A program made the position numbers and the translations under genes. A stretch of DNA of 64,000 nucleotides, taken from positions 1,612,001 to 1,676,000 of the forward strand of contig CP089280.1 of assembly GCA_023920165.1 (NCBI GenBank). The letters run 5' to 3'. Shown here piece by piece: positions 1 to 11,855 of this stretch. Numbering within the stretch: position 1 is the stretch's first letter; each line of letters opens with the position of its first letter. Source of the stretch: Curvularia clavata (lineage: Eukaryota). Below the pieces are notes generated by a model. It was given only the letters and a program-made list of their open reading frames with translations, did no database searches and was not told the DNA's origin.

Positions 1-378
1 GAGGCGGGCTAATAGCCGCCAGGCCAAGTAACCTTGCACTTCTCCCATTAATAATCATCTCGCCTGCGTGCTTTGGACCCGACATAATGGCCTTGCTGAC
101 ATGCTCTTGGATTAACAAATCGTGGAGATTTTGCATCGCCTTAGAGTTGAATCGATGCGGGCTAGGCTGCGGCGGACAATTTTCTAACTTTGCAGTTGAA
201 ATCCTGGGACTACGGACCCGCGTAACTCAACGGCTGTGTGTTACGGTAGTGATTGTGGAACGTTGACCTGGGACATCTGTTTTATACAAATTTATCTCTG
301 AGATGTTTTTCGCGGAGCGGGATATGATTCTTTGTACCAGAAATCCTGTCATCTCTCCACAGTCGGTCGATAGTAATG

Positions 379-1152
379 TTAAGCATGCCCATCGAATAGC
401 TGGGATGTGTTCGGTAACGCGGCCGTGCGATGCATCTTCGGAGTCGGCATTTGCCTTTGGATCAGGGTCAATGATGACTGCCGTATAGTCGCCTGCCGTA
501 AGCTTAGGCTTATCAGCATGATTTTCGACAGGTGCTTGCAAATGGTATGAAAGAACCGCTTTTTCATCTTGATAGAAGCTGTTTGCAACTGGGACAACTG
601 CTGCTTTGGCATTGTGATGATACTCGCCTGTGGTTGTATGTTGTTCCATAAGTGCCCCGATGCCTCTATGGAAAGCCTCTCGAAGGATGGATATCGCAAG
701 AAACGTATATAGCGATATAGTTTTCGGTTTCGTTTTCGTACATGTTGTGCCTGGATATGCTTTGTTAGTGTTGATTTCCCATAGTTATCTTCAACGTAAC
801 TGATGGATGGTGGATGTTGTCCAGGATATACAAAAGATCTGGAATCACTTACAGGCAGATTGTCTTCAACTTGGAGATAAGCGCGGTATCGGCCGTACGA
901 TGGCTTCTCCATGGGCTTTCTTCGGAGCACAATGAGAAGAGATACGCATTTTGTCTTTGCTACAACAACTGGGTTATAGAGCATAAGCTGTGCGCGACCG
1001 AGAAATTGATGTGACGTTTGGCACAGCCGAGATAGGGCTGTTACATTAGACCTGCGGTATGTATAGAGGTATGAGGCACTATAGAAAAATATATCATCTA
1101 GCAGATCTGAAATCCTAGCCATTTTGTGGTGTTCGTCATAGGCAGAGCTCAC
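379..1152 (-). CDS. Hypothetical protein or degenerate gene, possibly with an F-box-like N-terminal segment
   Basis: 257-aa ORF (non-ATG start in the track; first ATG gives MARISDLL). Segment LSRLCQTSHQFLGRAQLMLYNPVVV resembles the C-terminal half of fungal F-box-like motifs. The rest is unrecognised. Confidence 0.3.
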   Translation of the reverse strand: MSSAYDEHHKMARISDLLDDIFFYSASYLYTYRRSNVTALSRLCQTSHQFLGRAQLMLYNPVVVAKTKCVSLLIVLRRKPMEKPSYGRYRAYLQVEDNLPVSDSRSFVYPGQHPPSISYVEDNYGKSTLTKHIQAQHVRKRNRKLYRYIRFLRYPSFERLSIEASGHLWNNIQPQASIITMPKQQLSQLQTASIKMKKRFFHTICKHLSKIMLISLSLRQATIRQSSLTLIQRQMPTPKMHRTAALPNTSQLFDGHA

Positions 1153-1502
1153 CTCAAGTAGTTAAAATGGTGTATACGGAACGCTTTGACAAGCGATCAA
1201 GCAAGTGTATAAGGTTGAAAATCAGCAGTGTATCAAGAATAGATCGGGAAGAGAGCCAGTGCCCGGACTAGATACATTGTGAGCAAACCGCTATACCCAA
1301 ATAGGTAACACCATCACACTTTCACCCACGGTGAATGTTATACAGGGTCACTCGTTTGTTCATTGGTCACTCATACAGAGATGACAGCATTCAACATGGC
1401 AGTTTTATTTGGTCGTTCTCTGGAAATGAGCCATTCATATACACAGTCAGGTTCGCAGTCACTAACCAGAGAGATGATCTACTCCTTGTGCACATCGTTC
1501 CT

Positions 1503-2239
1503 CTACCTCGTTACCCTCCTAGGCTTACCGCGAGCCATCTTAAACCTTATCTTCAATTTAACTAGACGCCGTTTCTTTTTCTCATCTACACCCAGTGGAC
1601 TCTCAGAACCTCTCTTCCTTGTCTTATTATCGACTGCCATGCCACGTGCGACAGCAGTAGCATGTTCTCTAGCCCTGAATTCGTAGCCCAAGAACTCCAC
1701 TTCCTCGCAAAAGAACCGGAAGCTGGGGACGAAGCCGGTGTCGTTTGGTGGCAAGTATTCGCGTCCCTCGATGAGTTTGGCAGTGTTGTAAAGCAAGCGT
1801 GTTGCCCAGCCTTTTTCGTCGAGCTTGATTTCCATGCGGAGGTTTGACATGTCTAGTTTCGTTTTGGGATTGTGAACACAATTGTAGCCTAGATCACTGG
1901 GAACTGGCACCCGGGTTGTGATAGTCTTATTGGGTGAAGTCGCTGGTGTTGGTTTGCCTCGTCGAATGCGCGGGCCTATAGCATAGAGGAATAGAGGGCT
2001 GCTGAGCAAGAAACAGAGATCATCTGAGATGCTGTTAGAATTATCGGATATTAATCTGGTATTTGCTTACCGAGCAGGGCTTCATGATAGTATGTCGGCA
2101 AATCCTGTGGCAATTCGTCGAGCAAGTTCTGGAGACGACCACGCAAACTAGTCTCCTTTACGTCAGGCGAACCTGGCGGTGTGTGGATTCCGTGTAATAT
2201 CCTGCTTCTGCTCGTATATTTGTGTGGCGCGTTGGTCAT
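1503..2239 (-). CDS. Hypothetical protein, 2 exons, about 229 aa, basic C-terminus
   Basis: ORFs 2051-2239 and 1503-2009 join in frame through intron 2070-2024 (GTAAGC..CTAAC..CAG, 47 nt), giving ...HEALL-D-DLCFLLSSPLF... Confidence 0.55.
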
Positions 2240-2674
2240 GGTTGTGGAATGAAAATTTGAATCTTGTTGGAGATGTGTAGTAACAGTAAGCTGTAGCGGG
2301 CGAGTCGAAAGTTTCTAGCAAGATGGCTCAGAGCGATGCCGGAAGCAGAGAGATGAGCATAGCAGTGCTCTCATTGTGTCCTAACTCGCACAATAATCTT
2401 TGTCCGGTTAGCTGCAAAAATGTCACCGTGAAGTCAAGATGAAGGTACTACCATCCTTTACAGGGTCGCTGTCGTTTGTCTAGCCATCATTGTTCTCCTA
2501 AATCACTAAGAGAGCAGGAGGTACTTGACGCTTTCACAATGTACCGTTTGTACAAACCTGGTAACCTCACAATGCATGATAGGGCGAGTAAGATGCCAAT
2601 ATCCTTGTCATCCATTTCCTAAATTCTGAATCATGGTGGCGACTTGACCAAAGCCATCACATCTCAAACTGAGG

Positions 2675-3387
2675 TTACTTCCGAGACTTATATGTAGATG
2701 CTGTCGTGGAAATCTCTTTGTACACCACGGCAGCTCGTTTGTCAAAGCCTTCCCTACACGATGCCATGACGACATGATCAAAAATCAGCTCCATGCCTTC
2801 CTGCTCACATGAATCGCCTCGAAGTATAATCTGTACATCGCCAAAGGAGGGTTGTACTGCTAGGCACATGTAGCGATGGACGTTTTCGTGGCCGATGCAA
2901 ACAAAGATTTGGGTAAGAGAGGCGAGACCACCTGGGCCAAAGGCACCTTGCTGACCCCGGCGAATGATATTTTCTGACATACGCCCTATGATTTCGTTTT
3001 AGCAATATAAAAAGCAAGGAATGAGGCTTGTATCTTACGGGTGAGGTGATGTAGCGCTTCGTGGGTCTCGGTCCACCACTCCGGCAAATTATCCCTCAGG
3101 AGAAGGTAGATGCGATCAAAAACCATCTCGTAGGTGATGCATTTGAGGGGTTCGCGATATATCATAGGATGATATGGCGCAAGATATCGTGTGGAGGCGA
3201 CACTTGGCACATGGGTGGCGAGCGACTGTTGACGGCTAGGCGGCTGCCCACGAGGATATGCAGTAGAGGGAATATACAGACGCGAAGGATCGAATTTGCT
3301 ACCATTGCTTATTGCTGGTGAGTGTTCTGGTGCTGAAGAGATCCTGGAGGGCATCCTTGATGAAGTCGGTGCATAGCTTTTTGACAT
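2675..3387 (-). CDS. Hypothetical protein, 2 exons, about 219 aa
   Basis: ORFs 2986-3387 and 2675-2980 join in frame through intron 3038-2986 (GTAAGA..GCTAAA..TAG, 53 nt), giving ...HHLT-R-RMSENIIRRG... Confidence 0.6.
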
Positions 3388-4397
3388 TGCGATGACGAAC
3401 AGTGGGTTCTGCGCTCTGAACCTATTCGGGTTTTGGAATGCTTTGCTGAATGCCTGGTACTAAACAGTGAAGTTTGGAAGATCGGTCATATTGTGTGCAG
3501 TCAGACTTCATGTGTTGTTGCGCAGTGTGGAAAGTCCAAGGTGTCAGGAGTTGTAGTTGAGTACGTCTGGTTGAAGACCGGTGAGTAGTGATTACTGAGA
3601 GTAGATGGAAGTGTATTCGACTAGGGAAAATCGTTTTCACCATGACTTGGGCAATTGTGCAGGCGGGCAGAAGCATTTTAATGTGCTCTCCTCTTCATTC
3701 TCATTCCTCACTTTCACTGTCATCTAGAGGGACGGGTTCAGCTCTAAGACAGTTAGTATTAATGAGTTTAAACTGTAAGAAACAGAGAACTGAATCTGAT
3801 TCTATACAAATATCCGTATCGCGTCAGTAGCAAACAGCCAAGGGGATTCAGGCCATAGTATAGTGAAACATCTTTGATCAGAATTTCGCACTGTGAAACC
3901 GATTTTGGTCTGAAGTAGTGCAAGACAGAATTTGGTACTATAAAAGAGATGCATTCTGGAAAATGGAATTGGATTCTACAAACTAGTCCCAGTCCCGTGA
4001 TCTCTATCACGACATCGTTTTACTGGCTGGTTTGGTGTTGTTTTTTTCAGTGGAGCCGTGGTCAGAAATAGCAAAGCGCTAGTCCCGGATCGTCGTCGGC
4101 TGCAATGCACGTGCCAGGGTGGAGCACGGGAAGCATCAACAGGGCATTCACTCCTGACAACCGCCCCCGTCGCATCTTTGACCCCCGTCGCATCCCCACA
4201 GCGACTTCTTTCGCTTCTGTTTACTGCGGACCTTCACTCGTTCGGCGTCTGCACCTCCATTCGCTATCGAGACACATCCTGCACACCACACCACCGCGAC
4301 CTCACGACGATCCGGCCCTTGGCAGCCTCGAGCCTCAGCCTCCCGTTACCCGAGCGACGCCCACCATCTCCCCCAGCCCAGCGGCACGACAGTGACC

Positions 4398-5504
4398 ATG
4401 GGCTTCGGCGACTTCACGACAATATGCGAAAAGGCAGCGATACCGCTATGCGCCGCGGTGGGCCACCAGGACATTAGCAACGGCGTGGGCATACAGACGA
4501 AGTGCTATGCCAGGTCTATCGAGATCGCCAACACACTCATCTTTGAGGCGGCCAACGACTTTATGCACATTCTGGCACTGGTCATGACCGTCGTCATGAT
4601 TATACATGTGCGCTCCAAGTTCACTGCTGTCGGTACGTCGGCGCAATACCATCAACATGGCCGAGGGCGCTTATGCTAACGTGAGGCAGGACGCAAGGAA
4701 ATCACAACCTTCTTCTACATCTACTTCCTCCTTACCATCATATCACTCATCCTTGATGCAGGTGTCACTGCCCCTGGCTCTGCGACCTATCCATACTTTG
4801 CCGCTGCCCAAAACGGTCTCGTATCCGCCTTGTGTACGTGTTTGCTGATCAACGGCTTTGTTGGTTTCCAACTTTACGAAGACGGAACCACCCTCTCGGT
4901 GTGGCTACTGCGCCTCTGCTCCCTCGCCATGTTCCTTGTTGGTGGCGCAGTCAACCTCTTGACCTTCAAGGGCTGGGCAGGACTGAGCCCCTTCAACCCC
5001 ATTGGCATCTTCGTCGTTACGTACATCGTCAACGCTATTTGTCTGTTCATCTACGCTGTCAGCCAGATCATTCTTGTTGTTGGAACACTGGAGGACCGCT
5101 GGCCGCTGGGTGATATCCTATTCGGCATCTTCTTCTTCGTCATTGGCCAGGTCATCCTGTACGTCTTCAGCGATACCATTTGCGAAGGTGTACAGCATTA
5201 CATTGATGGCCTTTTCTTCACTACCATCTGCAACCTGTTGGCAGTCATGATGGTTTACAAGGTATGTAGCTTCCTCAATCTCGTGTCTCTGCATTCGCTA
5301 ACTAGTGGGCAGTACTGGGACTCTATCACCCGCGAGGATCTCGAGTTCTCTGTTGGCGTCAAGCAGCACAACTGGGAAGTCAAGGAGCCATTCCTGGAAG
5401 ATGACAAGCGTGGCACCGTGTACCAAGACTCGGACTATACCCCCTCACTTTACCAACAGCCCTACGGCGGGCGAAACTCGCATTACTCGGCAGTGGGCCA
5501 CTGA
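4398..5504 (+). CDS. CHS7: Chitin synthase export chaperone, 3 exons, about 332 aa
   Basis: MGFGDF..C..A.IPLC start, [47 protein letters not shown]; multiple hydrophobic helices. Introns 4633-4689 and 5262-5312. Confidence 0.95.
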
Positions 5505-6253
5505 GTTTGCCTCACATCCCTCGCTGTTTTCACCTTAAATGACGTACATTTTACATTGATTCCCTTTTTTCCGACGGCATGAAGCGGAGTTGACGGCGTA
5601 CAATTGCTTCGGCAAAAGTCTTATCCGAACTCTTGGGCGTTGTTGTATTTGCGCCAGCGACATTATAGCATAGGAGGATCGAATTTGGATAATGTTGGCA
5701 AGGTACTCCTCTGCGGATGGAATACTATGCTTAGTACATAGATAGTCATATTACTCGAATTAATACATGAAGTTCACGCATTTCAGTTGCCTTGTCTGTC
5801 TTCACTCGGTCTTCCGACGGGCACCAAAGCGGGTAGTGATTCCTACGGGGGATCTGCACGTGGTACCTAGCCGATGCCAAGTACATTTCCTTGGTCTTAG
5901 CTATAATTTACAGTGGAACGACTGTATTCCTTTTGTACCGTCGTGCATATCCTAGTGGTTCGGCTGGTAAGTCGGCTGCTGGAAGTTACGGAGCACGCTA
6001 GTGTGAGATGCTCGCTGCTCCCCGCATGATGGCTGATTACGTCCGAACAAACCTTCGGTTCGGCTTTGACACCGCTGAGCCGGGCCATGTATGCTGTATA
6101 TAATCCATGCGTATCGTCCTCCTTGTCGTGATTGCTGAGCTTTAAACTCTTTCTGTGTGTGCAATTGCTTTTCACGGGTCGTCGGTTTTAACCCCCAGCA
6201 TTTCCCGATAACTCATTGTAAACCGTTCAGCCTGTCAACGCCACTATCCGGAG

Positions 6254-8283
6254 ATGCCCAAGACGGATGTTTTGATAGCCGGCTCTGGCTCTGCTGGAAT
6301 CTTCGCAGCGACATGGCTTGCCATCTATGGGATTCCATTCACAATACTTGAGCGGCGTCCGGGACCCCTCGACGTTGGCCAAGCCGATGGTGTTCAGGTG
6401 CGGACGGTGGAGATCTACGAATCGTTCGGGTTATCGGAAGAGCTTCTGCGAGAAGCCTACCACGTCCTAGAAGTATGCTTTTGGGGGTATGACGAAGATG
6501 CCGACGGAAAGGTACAAGGAGGGATCAAGAGAAAGAGCAGAACGATTGATACCGAGAAAGGCCTCAGCCACCTGCCGCATGTCATCCTGAACCAAGCCCG
6601 AATGAACGGCCTGATGCTAGGTAAGCTGGAAAGCATACTAAGGCAACAAGGAAGATGGGAGGAAGGAACGAGTAACGGAATTGAGTACGGCTGGGCAGTC
6701 AAGAGCCTGGAGATTGACGAGAGCAAGACCCACAATCTGAACGCATACTGCAACAAAGTAACTGCAGAGAAAGATGGCAAAGAAGAAACCTGGGAGGCCA
6801 AATTTGTCATTGGGTGCGATGGCGCTCATTCGACCATCCGCAAAGCCCTCGGTATCAGCATGGTAGGTGACACTTCCGACACCGTCTGGGGTGTCATGGA
6901 CATATACCCCATCACCAACTTCCCAGACATACGCCGCAAATGCGCGATCCGCAGTCCTGCCGGTAGCATCGTCATCATCCCCCGTGAGGGCGGCGAGCTT
7001 GTGCGCTTTTACATCCAGCTTCCCCACGGTGTGCACCCCAAAGAAGTCAAACTGGAGGATGTGCAGAACCAAGCTAGGCAAATCTTCGCACCGTACAAGA
7101 TGGACTTTGCAGGCGTTTTCTGGTGGAGTGCATACAGCATCGGCCAGCGTCTTGCATCTGCTTTCCATGCCCACAACCGCGTCTTCCTCACCGGCGATGC
7201 GTGTCATACACATTCTCCCAAAGCAGGGCAGGGCATGAACGTGTCACTGCAGGATGGCTACAATATCGGCTGGAAACTAGGCTCTGTTCTTTCCGGCCTC
7301 TCGCCCGAGTCACTGATTCCTACTTACGTCTCTGAGCGGGGCAAGACGGCCGCCGATCTCATTGCTTTTGATCGGGAGCTTGTGCAGCTATTTGATCGGA
7401 AGGAAAAGTATGAGGGAGAGTTTGCGGAGTATTTCATCAAGAGTGGGCGGTACATGGCGGGTTTCACGGCGAAGTACGAGAACTCGGTGATTACGCAGGC
7501 GATTCAGCCGGAAGAGAGTGCGGCGAAGGCGGTCACAGTGGGAATGAGGTTTCCCAGCGCACAGGTCATACGATTTTGTGACTGCAAGGCGGTGCAGTTG
7601 CAGAGTACGCTGCGAAGTGATGGGCGGTGGAGAGTCGTCGTGTTCGGTGGCGATCTTAATCTGCCTGAGCATCGTGCGCGCGTAGAAAAGGTATGTTTGT
7701 CTAAGAATACCGATATGCTTCGTGCTCTTTTCTAACCAAGATTTGGGGAAACAGCTTACCAAAGTTCTCGAGACCATTACACGTCGCTATACGCCCGCGT
7801 CGAGAAACCCAGACAGCGTTATTGAGCCTTTGCTCGTTATGAGCAGCAAGTTTCCCGATACACGTCAGGAAGTGATCCCTGATTACTTCTGGCCTGCGAC
7901 TGGGAAATGGGGTATTAGAGGTAAGGAGAAATTCCCAACTTTTGCGTTCAAAGAGATTTGACAGAGGCTGATGTTTTCAATGTCTAGATCTGCACAAGAC
8001 TTTTGTCGACGACGAGCATTATAATTCCGGACACGGCCATGCGTACGAAGCATATGGTGTGGACCCGAATCGAGGTGCTGTAATAGTTGTCAGGCCTGAT
8101 CAATGTAAGGAACTTTTTCTCGTACTGTTTTGCTATTGTTAGCTTGAGAAAGAGAATTGAAACTGACTGCGTATAGACGTTTCGAAAGTTACTACCCTCG
8201 ACGATTTGAAGGGCGTGACAGACTTCTTCGCGGGGTGTATGGTCGAGCAGGTGACGAAGGTAGATGTGGGCGCGAGATTGTAA
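6254..8283 (+). CDS. Phenol 2-monooxygenase family FAD-dependent hydroxylase, 4 exons
   Basis: DVLIAGSGSAG FAD motif, GQADG, IGCDGAHS, RVFLTGDACHTHSPKAGQGMNVS, and C-terminal dimerisation domain VVRPDQYV. Introns about 7691-7754, 7921-7987, 8105-8176. Ends ...VGARL*. Confidence 0.92.
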
Positions 8284-9351
8284 GGAGAGGTGAATCGGGT
8301 GGAGGTGTATGATGTTATGGCGTTAGGGTGGTCTGAGTAGATAGAGTCTTGGATACTCCTGTAGAGTTTATACATGTTGGCTGGGTAGATTACAATAGGG
8401 AAATACAAACTTATGAAATTCTGCTTTTATTTCTTCTCCGTCTTGTATTAGAGATGCGCCTAGACGTTGCTAACTATTAGCTTCGGAAGGACATGTTTGG
8501 ATGACACCAGTAAAGGATGCATGAACTAAACCACGATGTAAATGAGCATGCTATAGAAGTACAGACTTAATAGCACAGGCACAGAAGTCACGGTAACACA
8601 ACACATCTCCACACAAGAGATTATTTTGTATATATTACTTGGTCATCACCACCCAGTGTCTAGCCTAATTGCATTCCAAAAAGCAAGTCTACTGCGAAAT
8701 CCACACAGAGTGTATGTTTGGGCAAGCTTAGTTTGGTTTGGTTAGAACAACATACCTTTTTGGGTAACATAAATTGGCCGTTGAACGCTGCAACTGCAAT
8801 TCATCGTGTTCAGCTCGGCTTCAGTTCCAGTTTAGTTCAGTTGGGCTAAAGTACATCAGGCGATTGGAGTAAGTCACCAACTGAAAGTAAGGCCTGTGTT
8901 TGGTTGAACTTCAGTTTAGTTCAGCTCAGTGTGAGTTCCTCAACTATATGATCTAGCTAATCATTATCAACGCGAAAGATCTAGATTCTGTCAGGCACTT
9001 ACCTTGCCCCAGCAATTGCCCCAAGTTTGCAACTGTGGATGGAGAAAAGAGCACGCCGGTACACAATCTCAATACTCACCATGTTACGACACGACAACTA
9101 AACTTTAATGATTGTATAGATCCCTGATTAATGGTCGTTCTACTTTTACAAATCTTTATATTGATCTGGAAAGAAGCTAATTAGTACTAAATAGTAAGGT
9201 TAGTGCTGGCGCAGTTCTAGTTCAAAGTCACGTGACTGCTATAGTGCCAGCTCGCTAAGGCCACTAAAACTGAATTGGGCTGGTCCTAAGTACTCCACCC
9301 AAGCAATCCACCCTTGTAACTTACCCCACAACTGCCCCCACACGATCAGCA

Positions 9352-10824
9352 ATGTTGCAGTTAGGAGTGCCTAATCCATCTGCTACTCCTCACAACGCAG
9401 ACCTTGTCTCGCGGCCATCGTACCTGCGTCGCCATGTGAAACTAGGATCCAACCAAGATGATGACGCCGTGCCGCTCAGCTCCATCGACGCGAGCCAAGC
9501 ACATGGTTCTGCTTCGTCGTCATGCTCTCCAACCACGCTAACGCATCTTCCCGCCGAGCTGCTGCTGCTCATAGTCGAGTTCGTACCTGTCGACTACGTG
9601 CTAGACTGGCGGCTGGTATGTCGCAGCTTTCGCGATGCCATTGACGGACGAGTATTACATCAATATTTGCACCGCACACGTCTCCTGGGGTACCCGTTAT
9701 CCACTATATCGCCAGTAAGGTTGGGATTCGACGACTACTTGGAGCCTATTCGCATGCTTGAGGCGAGATTTTCCCATATGGAAAAAGACCCAGGTGGAGA
9801 AGGTAACAGAGAAAAAGGAAAAAAGGATTCTACATGGAGTGATAGGTACGCAGTGTTTCGCATCGATGAAGAGTGGTATCGAGCCCTCGATCGCATTCGT
9901 GAGGCAGAAAAACGACAAAGTGACCCGGTTGTGGACGTCTGGCGCTCGCGCCTGAAAGTTCTGGAGCTCTCCCCATCAAATCATATAAACACTTCTGAGT
10001 TCGGCGTGCTGAGTTGGTGCATTGCACTCGACCATGCGGTACTCGATCTTGATTTCCCCACCGAAAAGAGTCGCATGAATTTCGAAATCGACATCAGTGT
10101 CGATGAGAGACGCATCAGAGTAGCCTGGAAGGACATGCTTGTCCGATTCCTCAAGACAGAACGCGCTCTGCGGATTTTGCTGGAGGAGGTAAGTCCTCCC
10201 CTAAACCGCCCCGCCTACATATACATATTAACCAATTCCCAGAAGCGCACCTACCCGAAATTCACCTTTAGCCACACTGAAGACTGTCTCCGCGCCATCC
10301 GCCGCGCTCGTCTCTGTGCCTCGCTTAACCCTAACGACGAATCCGACCGTGAAATATCGGTCAGGCTGCAAAGGGAACTTCCCCCACTCTTCGGCTTCGG
10401 TCTCCCCCACCATAAGTTCCTCAGACCCTCCTATTGTTGGTTCTCGAATATTGAACGCGGCGCCATATACTACCTCCTCCTTCTCCGCCGCTCTGCCCTC
10501 ATCCCTCCTGAACAACTCTCTTACCTCCAAGGCCTGGCATCCGATTTCCGCAAGCTAGAATTTCGCCTGCGCTGCATAGAAGAAGCAAGCAACGAGTTGG
10601 ACCAGTACCTCTCTACCGATACCTTGAGTTTATCGTGTAATCCTGTTGCATGGTCGGATGAGGTACGGGGGAAGATCGAGTGGCTAGTGCTAAGGTGGCG
10701 TGAGCAGGGAGAGCCACTGGAGAAGCTAAAAACGTTGGTCGAGGCGGGTTATGAGGCCATGTGCATGTCTGAAGATGAATCCGATGACGTTGAGGGGAGT
10801 GAGATTACGAGTGAGCCAGAATAG
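9352..10824 (+). CDS. F-box domain protein
   Basis: LTHLPAELLLLIVEFVPVDYVLDWRLVCRSFRDAI F-box motif. Probable in-frame intron near 10189-10242 (GTAAGT..TTAAC..CAG). Acidic tail. The true start may lie downstream of 9352. Confidence 0.8.
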   Translation: MLQLGVPNPSATPHNADLVSRPSYLRRHVKLGSNQDDDAVPLSSIDASQAHGSASSSCSPTTLTHLPAELLLLIVEFVPVDYVLDWRLVCRSFRDAIDGRVLHQYLHRTRLLGYPLSTISPVRLGFDDYLEPIRMLEARFSHMEKDPGGEGNREKGKKDSTWSDRYAVFRIDEEWYRALDRIREAEKRQSDPVVDVWRSRLKVLELSPSNHINTSEFGVLSWCIALDHAVLDLDFPTEKSRMNFEIDISVDERRIRVAWKDMLVRFLKTERALRILLEEVSPPLNRPAYIYILTNSQKRTYPKFTFSHTEDCLRAIRRARLCASLNPNDESDREISVRLQRELPPLFGFGLPHHKFLRPSYCWFSNIERGAIYYLLLLRRSALIPPEQLSYLQGLASDFRKLEFRLRCIEEASNELDQYLSTDTLSLSCNPVAWSDEVRGKIEWLVLRWREQGEPLEKLKTLVEAGYEAMCMSEDESDDVEGSEITSEPE

Positions 10825-11855
10825 GATGATGACCTGGAGAATAACGATACAAATGAAGGAGAGGATGATGACGAGTAGCGGGGGTCTCTTTTTTTCTTTT
10901 CGTAACTGATACCCTTTTTCTTTTCTTGCGGCGGGTAGGTTCTGATACATGTATCATCATACTTTTGTAAAAACAGTTTTCTTTTTTCCACGACTCCACT
11001 CCGGTCTATTTTCTCCTTTTATAAAAGGCGAGAGATAGTCCGCGGAGGAACCCCATAAGGAGTTAGAGGAAACGAGGAACCCTCAGTGGACTCGATATTT
11101 TGCGATAATGCCATAACAGTGTAATCCTGACTCGGATGGAAACGGAAATGGCACATGGTAGTTCCTGAGGATCGAGCGTGATGAAGTGATACTTAGGAGT
11201 TGAAAAATCTTGAACTACCTTGCATACTTTTGTTCCACACGATCAAATGCTTGTGATTCTGGTTCTCAATTACGAGTTGTGCAGTGCTGTGTCTTGCCAT
11301 CGTCTTAATCTGCATCCAAACGGGTTCTGGAAACCACAAGTAGATCTTTAGGGAGTTTGGGGACATCTGTACACTATCATCGTACGGGAGTCTATTGTTC
11401 AGCGAGCCACACGCACACTGAGAACATTTCCACATACCTCTTCCTTCACCCTTCCATTCCAGTTCCAGAAAAGAGCCGTGTGGTCAAAGGAACATCACCA
11501 GGAGTTAAGGAGCGAAAGAAAGCGTACTCAATCAACACATTCACTGATCTCATACCATCTCATCATTAAAAAAGCATTAGTATTACTTGCTGTTAGCCCC
11601 GCGTGCGTGTCGGGAAACTAACATAATGCCCTATCTCATGCCTTCCATAATCCGTCTTTATTCATCCATCGAAGAAAAAAAATCAATCAACAACAGCGCA
11701 TCAAGAGATGCATCCCAGAAAATCTATGCAATGCATGCATGATGTGCAAGAAAAAACGATTCGCAGGACGCCAGAGATGCTGTATAGGGGCCCAAAAAGT
11801 GAGTAACAAGAAGAAGAAAAGTTGGAGCTGCGTGTCTAGTCGTAAGAGGTGTCGT

